A DNA stretch of 64,000 nt from Candidatus Poribacteria bacterium (lineage in GTDB: Bacteria; Poribacteria; WGA-4E; WGA-3G), in assembly GCA_022824835.1 (NCBI GenBank), contig JAJDZB010000073.1, positions 23,933-87,932 of the forward strand. The letters run 5' to 3'. Positions within the stretch are counted from its first letter, which is position 1, and each line of letters begins with the position of its first letter. Of the stretch, positions 1 through 7,538 are shown piece by piece. Both the position numbers and the translations under genes were made by a program. The notes below the pieces were generated by a model. It was not told the origin of the DNA and did not search any database. It worked only from the letters and a program-made list of their open reading frames with translations.

Positions 1-126
1 GCCAAATCAACGCGGAATGCATATAAAGCATTCAACTTCCATCTGGCTGGATGCTTCTTGGGTATTTAATTCTAATGCCTCTTGTAATGAATTTTACAGT
101 ATCCATCTGATACGCAACAGATACCT

Positions 127-163
127 CTTATCCTGATAATCCTATAATCTTGAAAATCCTGAT
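127..163. repeat. AATCCT periodic tract directly 3' of a minus-strand stop codon
   Basis: CTTATCCTGATAATCCTATAATCTTGAAAATCCTGATT. Compare 51036-51065, TGCTAATCCTAATAATCCTGTAAATCCTGG, directly 3' of the 51067 stop. Confidence 0.6.
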
Positions 164-1231
164 TTAGAATTTAAGTTGTGCCACTACACCTGCATGGTCA
201 GATGGCCATAATCCAGATGCTAACCTATCCCCAGGTTTATCTCCTACGGTGTGTGTTACAATAGAAGTAGGGTTAAGGTTCCGGACAAAGATTTGATCAA
301 TCCGAACCGTAAGATCACTGATCTCATTTAAGATATTATCATCTTGACAACAGGTATTCCCCGTTCCTTCAGAATCCATCTGCCAGACATCAACATATCC
401 TGCACCGAGTAGAATGTTGTATCCTGTTCCCTCAGTTGCTCTCGTGTTGAAATCTCCTAACAAGATAATTGGTAAGGTTTCATTGGATAGTAAATCCACA
501 AGTTCCTGAGTCTGTGATACCCTAACTGGCTCTATAAATGCTTCTAAGTGTGTATTGAGAATATGGTATGTAGTCCCCGCTATTGTTGCGTCAACAGCAG
601 CATATCCTCTTTTGATTTCAAGACTGAGTTTATCAATGTTTAATTTACTGTCATAATTCGCAGTAACCTGTCGGGTAATTTCAACATCGCTACGAGCAAG
701 TATGACATCATAGTCTGTCAATCTTATATCATCAAGACCTATATCAGTTACCAATGGCATTTCAATGTCTAAATTTTCGACCTGTGCTGCGACTTTGTAG
801 TCTAAACCTTCAGCTTGAAGCGCATCCATCAGGAGTTGGAGATAATCCAAAACTACCTCTTCTGCGAGTATTGGCTTATCTGCCAGAAAGTCACCTGGAC
901 TTTGACGCCGGATTAGAGAGATCTCTTGCAAACCTATGACATGTGGATTGTGTTCTTTTACGGACTTTGCAATCCCGATAGCACGGCTTGGGAAATCGGA
1001 TGCCATTACGTTGGCATACATCTTTGCAACTTCAGTAGGAACTTGTAAGAGTTCTTGCACATTCAGTAGGGGTTCAGCACTGCTACCAACATAGACATTG
1101 TAGGTCATTACAGTGAGGGGTTGATCCTCTGGTTGTTTGGGCGGTGTTATTACGGTATCAGTAATTCTTTCACAACCTGACACAGTAATGAGTAATACGA
1201 GAATCAATAGAGCAATTTTTAGTTTTAACAA
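164..1231 (-). CDS. Endonuclease/exonuclease/phosphatase (EEP) family lipoprotein
   Basis: Lipobox LLITVSGC near the N-terminus. EEP-like motifs (VMTYNV, GLQEI, LLGDFN, C-terminal PSDHAGVVAQL). TTG start preceded by GGAGGA. Confidence 0.8.
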   Translation of the reverse strand: MLKLKIALLILVLLITVSGCERITDTVITPPKQPEDQPLTVMTYNVYVGSSAEPLLNVQELLQVPTEVAKMYANVMASDFPSRAIGIAKSVKEHNPHVIGLQEISLIRRQSPGDFLADKPILAEEVVLDYLQLLMDALQAEGLDYKVAAQVENLDIEMPLVTDIGLDDIRLTDYDVILARSDVEITRQVTANYDSKLNIDKLSLEIKRGYAAVDATIAGTTYHILNTHLEAFIEPVRVSQTQELVDLLSNETLPIILLGDFNTRATEGTGYNILLGAGYVDVWQMDSEGTGNTCCQDDNILNEISDLTVRIDQIFVRNLNPTSIVTHTVGDKPGDRLASGLWPSDHAGVVAQLKF

Positions 1232-1309
1232 ATTGTATCCTCCAAAATAGGGTGATGATTAGGTGAGAATAGATAGACCGAAATCTCTATATATAGAAAT
1301 AGAAACTTC

Positions 1310-2635
1310 TTAGCATTTTCCGTAGATGAAATTGTTATCATAAGATGTTAATTCTACCTGTAGAATGTGATTTATTGCCGTATCTGGCACATCAACGAGC
1401 ACTCTTAGGTAATTATCTGTATATCCAGAAAGTGGGTTTCTGCCATGTTTTATATTTGATGGCTCTCTGCTTTCTTCTATGAGGACTTTCTTCTTTTTTC
1501 CGATCATTTTCTTCTTGAACGTTTTGCTTAGTTTTTCCCCTAATGCGATCATTGCCCGACTTCTTTGTGCGGAAATGTGAGGGGGTACTTGGTTTGGATA
1601 AGTTGCCGCCGGGGTTCCCTTGCGAGGAGAATAACGAAAGACATGAAGCTGATTGAATCCGATTGCTTCAACGAATTTCAAAGATTCTTTAAAGTCGTCA
1701 TCCGTTTCACCCGGAAACCCAACCATAATATCTGTCGTGATACCGATATCTTCTGTGAAACGATCACGGAGTGTTTCTACGAGCGTAGCAAACTGTGCCG
1801 TCGTGTAACGTCTTCGCATTTTACGTAGGACATTATCTGCCCCTGATTGTATCGGTAAGTGGAAATGTGGCATGCACTTTGGTAGAACCGACATTCTTTC
1901 TGATAGAATATCTGGAAAATACATCGGTTCTATAGAACTAAACCGAATCCGTTCAATACCATCAATGTTGTGTATCTGTTCTAATATATCAGCGATATCC
2001 TTGTCTCTACCTGTATCTTGACCGTAAGCACCCAGATGTACACCTGTAATGACGATCTCTTTGATACCGCTATTTGCGATGCGATGTGCTTCATCAACAA
2101 TATCTGGTAGAGGTCGGCTTGTCATTCTTCCTCGAACATAGGGTATGATACAGTATGTGCAGAATGCACTACATCCGTCTTGAACTTTGATGAGTGCGCG
2201 TGTGCGTTTGCCTGCATCGCTTACGCCGCTGCTAAAACGTGCATGTTCACGAATGGCGTCGTGCTGGAGAGGTTTAATCTGTAGCGGTGTTTCGTCCGCC
2301 AGTTTATCAAGATAGGTCTGAAATTCTGCTTTTTCTCTGTTGCCAAATACGAATTTTACGCCTGGAATCTGTTCTATTGCTTTACGATCACTTTCAGCAT
2401 AACAACCTGTAACCAAGACATCTGCATCAGGGTTCTGTTTAATTGCACGACGGACCACTTGTCTTGCTTTTTGATCAGCTGTGTTTGTAACTGTGCACGT
2501 GTTTACGAGATATAGGTCTGCAGGTTGTGCTTCATCAACGATCTCAAATCCGTTATGGATTAGAACTTCCCGCATCGACTGTGAATCGTATTGATTAACT
2601 TTACATCCCATTGTGATAAGTTTTGCTGTTTTCAT
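1310..2635 (-). CDS. mtaB: tRNA threonylcarbamoyladenosine methylthiotransferase MtaB (radical SAM, MiaB-like)
   Basis: N-terminal LITMGCKVNQYDS, LYLVNTCTVTNTADQKARQ, radical SAM CSAFCTYCIIP. Start trimmed to the ATG at 2635 (MKTAKLITMGCK), which removes the overlap with rsmE. rsmE-mtaB synteny as in Bacillus yqeU-yqeV. Confidence 0.9.
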   Translation of the reverse strand: MKTAKLITMGCKVNQYDSQSMREVLIHNGFEIVDEAQPADLYLVNTCTVTNTADQKARQVVRRAIKQNPDADVLVTGCYAESDRKAIEQIPGVKFVFGNREKAEFQTYLDKLADETPLQIKPLQHDAIREHARFSSGVSDAGKRTRALIKVQDGCSAFCTYCIIPYVRGRMTSRPLPDIVDEAHRIANSGIKEIVITGVHLGAYGQDTGRDKDIADILEQIHNIDGIERIRFSSIEPMYFPDILSERMSVLPKCMPHFHLPIQSGADNVLRKMRRRYTTAQFATLVETLRDRFTEDIGITTDIMVGFPGETDDDFKESLKFVEAIGFNQLHVFRYSPRKGTPAATYPNQVPPHISAQRSRAMIALGEKLSKTFKKKMIGKKKKVLIEESREPSNIKHGRNPLSGYTDNYLRVLVDVPDTAINHILQVELTSYDNNFIYGKC

Positions 2636-2649
2636 GATTTTGTGTTTAA

Positions 2650-3381
2650 TTAGAGTTGGTATTGATATGCTACGATGGCAATAACTGCAATTGCAGCGGT
2701 TTCTGTTCTTAACGTGTTTGATCCGATTGTTACAGGGATACATCCTTTATTTACAGCATCATTTACTTCATTCTCTGTAAAACCGCCTTCAGGACCAACG
2801 AAAAGTGCTAAAGATTCTGGGTTTGCATTAGATTTTAACACATTACTGATATGATGTTTCTTCTCCTTTTCCCATAGAATTAGAGATAATGTTTCAGTAG
2901 CAATTGTGCTGATACAAGCATCAAAATCTCTAACGTGTTGTAGTTCAGGCAACCAGAGTCTTTTACACTGTTTTGTCGCTGAAATAACGATACGGTTCCA
3001 TCGTTTAAACCGATTCTCACTCGGTTTTTGCAAGGTTCTTTCTGTGATGACAGGAACAATCTGTGATACGCCGAGTTCAGTTGTTTTTTGAAGGATCAAC
3101 TCCATTTTATCGTTTTTTGGTATTCCTTGAAAGAGCATGAGGGTTGGTGTCTTTTGTTCGCTAGTCCTCATTGCTGATGTTTGTTCTGTTATCTGTGCTG
3201 TAGTTGATTCTACACTAATTCTGTCAACTTTTGCACTATAAACGCCACCTTTCCCATCAATAATTTGGATGACATCGTTTTTTTTCAAACGTAGGACATT
3301 TCTGATATGGTGATGTTCAAGGTCGCTTATTTCTACTGTATCTGCGTTAGGTTCTATTGAAGGAACATAAAACGTGTGCAT
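2650..3381 (-). CDS. rsmE: 16S rRNA (uracil1498-N3)-methyltransferase RsmE
   Basis: MHTFYVP...HHIRNVLRLKKND..IIDGKGG N-terminal PUA-like motif and LFVGPEGGFTENEV SPOUT motif. ATG at 3381; an alternative TTG lies at 3384. Confidence 0.9.
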   Translation of the reverse strand: MHTFYVPSIEPNADTVEISDLEHHHIRNVLRLKKNDVIQIIDGKGGVYSAKVDRISVESTTAQITEQTSAMRTSEQKTPTLMLFQGIPKNDKMELILQKTTELGVSQIVPVITERTLQKPSENRFKRWNRIVISATKQCKRLWLPELQHVRDFDACISTIATETLSLILWEKEKKHHISNVLKSNANPESLALFVGPEGGFTENEVNDAVNKGCIPVTIGSNTLRTETAAIAVIAIVAYQYQL

Positions 3382-3415
3382 CAATTTGAATGTGACAATT
3401 ACGTAGACTTATGAA

Positions 3416-4081
3416 CTATGCATTTCGTAAGTTTTCAATAACGGTTTCTGGTTGTTGACTTTTGAATATTGCTGTCCCTGCTACAAGTATTGTTACGCCG
3501 AGACGTACTGCTGCAGGTGCGGTTTCAATTGTAACGCCGCCATCAACAGAAATATCTAACTGGTATTTGTGTTGATGCCTGAGATAATGTTTTTCCTCAG
3601 ATAATGTTTCGATTTTCGCCAGCGTATTTTCTATGAACTTCTGTCCCCCTAAACCTGGTTCAACACTCATGGGTAATACAAGGTCAATATCTGATAGGTA
3701 TGGTATCACTGTATCTGTTGGTGTATTGGGTGAAAATGCTATTCCTGCCTTTATGTTGTGTGCTTTAATAGCTGAAATTACAGCGTAAGGTTCATCATAA
3801 CTTTCAATATGAAATGTAATCATATCCGCACCTGCTTCGACTAAGGGGTCAATATACCTGAGTGGGTGCGCAACCATAATATGCACATCAAAAGGAAGAT
3901 CGGTTTTATCTCGGACAGCAGCGATCATTAATGGACTAATACCGAAGTTTGGGACGAATTCACTATCCATTATATCAAAATGGAGTAGGTCTGCTCCAGC
4001 ATTAACAACGCGTTGTACTTCGTCTCCGATGCGACTGAAGTCTGCTGCTAATAAAGAGGGTGCGATTTTCGGTTTGGGCAT
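3416..4081 (-). CDS. rpe: Ribulose-phosphate 3-epimerase
   Basis: IAPSLLAADFSRIGDEV, GADLLHFDIMDSEFVPN, HIMV, SVEPGLGGQKF. ATG at 4081; the ORF-track TTG start is at 4090. Confidence 0.9.
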   Translation of the reverse strand: MPKPKIAPSLLAADFSRIGDEVQRVVNAGADLLHFDIMDSEFVPNFGISPLMIAAVRDKTDLPFDVHIMVAHPLRYIDPLVEAGADMITFHIESYDEPYAVISAIKAHNIKAGIAFSPNTPTDTVIPYLSDIDLVLPMSVEPGLGGQKFIENTLAKIETLSEEKHYLRHQHKYQLDISVDGGVTIETAPAAVRLGVTILVAGTAIFKSQQPETVIENLRNA

Positions 4082-4127
4082 TTTTTCCAATGTTTTGATA
4101 ACGCTTTTGTTTGCTATATCTTGTTGA

Positions 4128-4250
4128 TAATGTGAGTTTGATAAATCAGATTTTCATATTCGGTGCGGTTAGGAAACCGCACCTACCGGGTCTATGCAAG
4201 TGTTGTTTTGGGCAAATGAAGTCCATATACTTATTATCAAACTCACGTTA
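4128..4250. mobile_element. MITE-like element, copy 1 (17-nt terminal inverted repeats TAA[T/C]GTGAGTTTGATAA, internal REP hairpin)
   Basis: The left end TAATGTGAGTTTGATAA and right end TTATCAAACTCACGTTA are reverse complements. The internal sequence is nearly collinear with the copy at 37164-37290. Identical TTGA on both flanks. Confidence 0.7.
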
Positions 4251-5213
4251 TTGATAATGACGTTCATACACTTTTTTTCCATTTTCGAATACAATTACAA
4301 GTACCCGACCGAACACTTTCACTCTGCGTTTCTCCAGATCAATTGAAGTGCCAGGAGCATAAGAACCTTTTACGATTTCCCGTTCACCGTAGTCATCAAC
4401 AATGACAATTCTAATTTCAAGAGATTTTTCGCCTTCATCAGTAACGTTGTGTTTGTGTTTCAACCATCTACCGCTGTTTCCTGAATCTTGACGTTTACCG
4501 CTAACTTTTAGTCTTATGAAGTCTCCACTTTGGACGAGTCTTGGATGTGAAATGATTCTATCCTGTTTGATTGTAGGGTGTGGACTTTTTACGATTTCAA
4601 CATTCAGTCCGTAAGCTTTGAGTAATGGATATACCTTAGTGACAGGTTGGTCTTGAAAATCATCTAATTGTATATATTGTGGTTTTCTTCCGAGGCTTAC
4701 CAGCAGATTGACAGGGGTGTGACGGCTCTTTTGACTTCCTTCAGTTGGACTTTGCGCGATGACGGTATCAGGTAAATAGTTTGACGAGTGTACTCTTGCG
4801 ATTGTGTCTGTTCGGAAACCAGCAGCATCAAGCGTTTCTCGTGCTGTGTCCCATGCTTTTCCAATGACAGACGGTACAACAATTAGGTCCTCTCCGATAC
4901 TTACTGTTAGTTTTACATTCTGGTGTATTTTGATGCTGGAATTTGCGGGTGGGTCCTGTTCAATGACGTTCCCTTGCGGTTCAGTGCTGCTTTTTTGTTC
5001 GACTATATCACTTGCTTTAAGACCTGCGTTTTTGAGTGTTGAGACTGCATTATAAAAAGATTTGCCTACAAGGTTGGGAACTAATAGTTCTGGTGCCTTT
5101 ACCCATTGTGGAATAATAACTAATAGGACCAAAGCTCCTATAATTCCGATTACGATTGAACAGTAGATGGCAACCTTGATCATGCCCCATAATGCTTGGT
5201 TTAGTTTGTTCAT
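4248..5213 (-). CDS. Membrane-anchored PASTA-domain protein without a kinase or transpeptidase domain
   Basis: One N-terminal TM helix, then three PASTA-like repeats (VPNLVGKSFYNAVSTLKNAGL.., VPSVIGKAWDTARETLDAAGF.., LDDFQDQPVTKVYPLLKAYGL..) and an unassigned C-terminal domain. Confidence 0.8.
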   Translation of the reverse strand: MNKLNQALWGMIKVAIYCSIVIGIIGALVLLVIIPQWVKAPELLVPNLVGKSFYNAVSTLKNAGLKASDIVEQKSSTEPQGNVIEQDPPANSSIKIHQNVKLTVSIGEDLIVVPSVIGKAWDTARETLDAAGFRTDTIARVHSSNYLPDTVIAQSPTEGSQKSRHTPVNLLVSLGRKPQYIQLDDFQDQPVTKVYPLLKAYGLNVEIVKSPHPTIKQDRIISHPRLVQSGDFIRLKVSGKRQDSGNSGRWLKHKHNVTDEGEKSLEIRIVIVDDYGEREIVKGSYAPGTSIDLEKRRVKVFGRVLVIVFENGKKVYERHYQ

Positions 5214-5280
5214 GGTATCTCTGAATCCATTGATTGTAGCACAATTTAACAGATTACGCTACAAAAGTTGCAATTTGGGT

Positions 5281-5350
5281 ACGGCACTCGGAGAGTGCCT
5301 ACTACTATCATAAGAGACGGCACTCGGAGAGTGCCTACTACTATTAAGAG
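5281..5350. repeat. Tandem hairpin repeat (GGCACTCGGAGAGTGCC-TACTACTAT), two units
   Basis: ACGGCACTCGGAGAGTGCCTACTACTAT occurs twice in tandem between fmt and the PASTA gene. 7-bp stem GGCACTC/GAGTGCC. Confidence 0.85.
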
Positions 5351-5372
5351 CTTATGAAATCCCAAAATTGAA

Positions 5373-6347
5373 TCACTTGCTTAGGAAACAATCACCTATT
5401 TTTATCTGATAGCCGTTTACGAAATCCTTAGCATTCATAATTCTTTTTGTTGCTGGTTGTACTTGGATTATCTGAAGTACACCATCACCCGTTATGACAA
5501 ACATTTCGCTATTTGCGTTTATTATAATAGTTCCTGGTTGTCCAGACACTGATGCGTTGTTACTTATCTTATCGCTTTCATGTGGTAGAGATTCAGTGAT
5601 TTTGAGTCTTATATCATTACGAAAATAGGTATATGCCCCGGGCCAACCGGCTGTGCCTCTAATTAGGTTAAAGATGGTGATAGCATCTTCGTGCCAATTA
5701 ATGTGTCCAATATCTTTTGTTAGACGTGGTGCATACGTTGCTTTAACGCGTCCTTCTATCAAAATCTGTGGTTCTGCTTTAGGTGGTTTGCCTTTAGGTA
5801 ATTCACTTAGTGTTTCTATGAGCAGTTTTGCACCAATGTTAGCTAAAGCATCGTGTAATGTTTCAGCGGTATCATCTGAGTTGATGGGTATGCGTTCCTT
5901 ACAGATTATATCACCCGTGTCTTCACCTGCATCCAATAGCATGAGCGAGATACCGGTTTCTTTTTCTCCATTGATGAGTGCCCACTGAATAGGGGCTGCC
6001 CCTCTGTATTTTGGTAGAAGGGACGGATGCAAGTTTATGACGCCGCACGGTGGAATGTCTAATACCGATTGCGGTAAAAGTTGTCCAAACGCTGCAACAA
6101 CGATCACATCTAAAATTAACTCGTTTAGTATTTTTACAAATGCTGGATCTCTAACTTTTTCTGGTTGATATATCTTTAAGTTGTTTGCTGATGCAATTTT
6201 CTTTATTGGAGATGGACTTAATCTTTTACCTCTTCCACTGGGGCGATCAGGTTGTGTCACGACGCCGATGATATCGTAATTGTGAGTCACAAGTTGTTCC
6301 AATGCTGGAATGGCAAATTCACTTGTACCCATAAAGAGAATACGCAT
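5373..6347 (-). CDS. fmt: Methionyl-tRNA formyltransferase
   Basis: MRILFMGTSEFA, VVTQPDRPSGRGK, INLHPSLLPKYRGAAPIQWA. Confidence 0.95.
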   Translation of the reverse strand: MRILFMGTSEFAIPALEQLVTHNYDIIGVVTQPDRPSGRGKRLSPSPIKKIASANNLKIYQPEKVRDPAFVKILNELILDVIVVAAFGQLLPQSVLDIPPCGVINLHPSLLPKYRGAAPIQWALINGEKETGISLMLLDAGEDTGDIICKERIPINSDDTAETLHDALANIGAKLLIETLSELPKGKPPKAEPQILIEGRVKATYAPRLTKDIGHINWHEDAITIFNLIRGTAGWPGAYTYFRNDIRLKITESLPHESDKISNNASVSGQPGTIIINANSEMFVITGDGVLQIIQVQPATKRIMNAKDFVNGYQIKIGDCFLSK

Positions 6348-6395
6348 ATATTATTTTACCCGTGTGCCAATTTGTGTAACTACACAGCAGAACTA

Positions 6396-7010
6396 TTAGA
6401 ACCGAATTTGTAATAATGGTATAACAAGACCTTCTGACGGACCTGTTCCTCCAATATTCAATTGATGGTTTTGCTGCATAAGATAAGGTTGTCCGATAAA
6501 TGTTGAGCCGATAAAATTTGAGGTATTATTCATCATTACATGTTGTGCGTTACTCGGTATGATCGCCAGAGGTCCTTCCGTTGGACTTCCTTCTTCAGTT
6601 GGCGGTGTCGGTTGTTTCCATTCAGGTATACTTGGTTCTGATGTATCTACATTTCGTGTATGCCACCAATCCCATATTCCGATAAAAAGCGATAATGATA
6701 CTGCACTTATTCCCATAGCTCTATAGTTTTTCTGTGTCAACACGGGTGCGATTTTATTGTCTTGTATCATCCTAACTGCCCGAACACCTAAATAGCTGTG
6801 AATTGCAGTGAATGGTAGTGAACTCAGGGTTATTATTTCAAATCGTCGTAAAGCACTTTCGTGATAATGCTCTTCCTGCTCATCGTGTGAATGTTCGGAT
6901 GGAGGTGAACTTGGTTGTTGTGCTTCAGCATGTGGAACGAACAAAATAATGGTTGATAGTACCATTACAACGAAATAACGCGCAAGTAGAGTTGAGTTAA
7001 TATTAAACAT
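6396..7010 (-). CDS. Hypothetical secreted/membrane protein
   Basis: Signal-like N-terminus, His/Glu-rich stretch, one internal hydrophobic helix, C-terminal aromatic residue (..LLQIRF). No recognisable family. Confidence 0.45.
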   Translation of the reverse strand: MFNINSTLLARYFVVMVLSTIILFVPHAEAQQPSSPPSEHSHDEQEEHYHESALRRFEIITLSSLPFTAIHSYLGVRAVRMIQDNKIAPVLTQKNYRAMGISAVSLSLFIGIWDWWHTRNVDTSEPSIPEWKQPTPPTEEGSPTEGPLAIIPSNAQHVMMNNTSNFIGSTFIGQPYLMQQNHQLNIGGTGPSEGLVIPLLQIRF

Positions 7011-7033
7011 TGAATTTTTCCCTTAAATTAAGC

Positions 7034-7522
7034 TTATGTTTTGTTTTGCACTTTAAAAAGAAATACAATAAGCATGCCAGCACCGATACATACAGAGACG
7101 TCTGCGACGTTAAAAGTAGGCCAAAACAGTCTTTTACTTTCAATACCAAACTGCAAGAAATCCACAACTTCCCCTAAGAATATACGGTCAATGAAGTTTC
7201 CAATTGCACCGCCTAATAGAAAACCGAGTGCATATTGCATCCATCTACTGTTCTGGAATCTGAACGAATACCAGAAGATGAAGATTAGAGCTGCGACTGT
7301 GATGAGAATTAGAAATGTTCTCTGATCAGAGAGGATACCGAAAGCAGCACCAGGATTCCTATCGTGTCGTATATTGAAAAATCCGGGTATAACTGCAAAT
7401 CCATCTCCTCGATTGATGTTTTCCCGAATAATCCATTTAGAAACTACGTCAAGTAATAGCATCGGTATTGAAATGATGACTAAAGGTAGCATCTTTTTTG
7501 CATACTGAGACAGAGAAATCAC
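7034..7522 (-). CDS. lspA: Lipoprotein signal peptidase (signal peptidase II)
   Basis: DVVSKWII, NPGAAFGIL, FNVADVSVCIGAGMLI. GTG start at 7522; an alternative ATG at 7492 gives MLPLVII. Confidence 0.85.
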   Translation of the reverse strand: MISLSQYAKKMLPLVIISIPMLLLDVVSKWIIRENINRGDGFAVIPGFFNIRHDRNPGAAFGILSDQRTFLILITVAALIFIFWYSFRFQNSRWMQYALGFLLGGAIGNFIDRIFLGEVVDFLQFGIESKRLFWPTFNVADVSVCIGAGMLIVFLFKVQNKT

Positions 7523-7538
7523 TTTAAAAAATACCTAC

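Noticed and set aside
1-69. Possible 3' end of a plus-strand gene (..AKSTRNAYKAFNFHLAGCFLGI*).
   Set aside because: Only 22 codons are visible and no motif is recognisable, so it cannot be supported.
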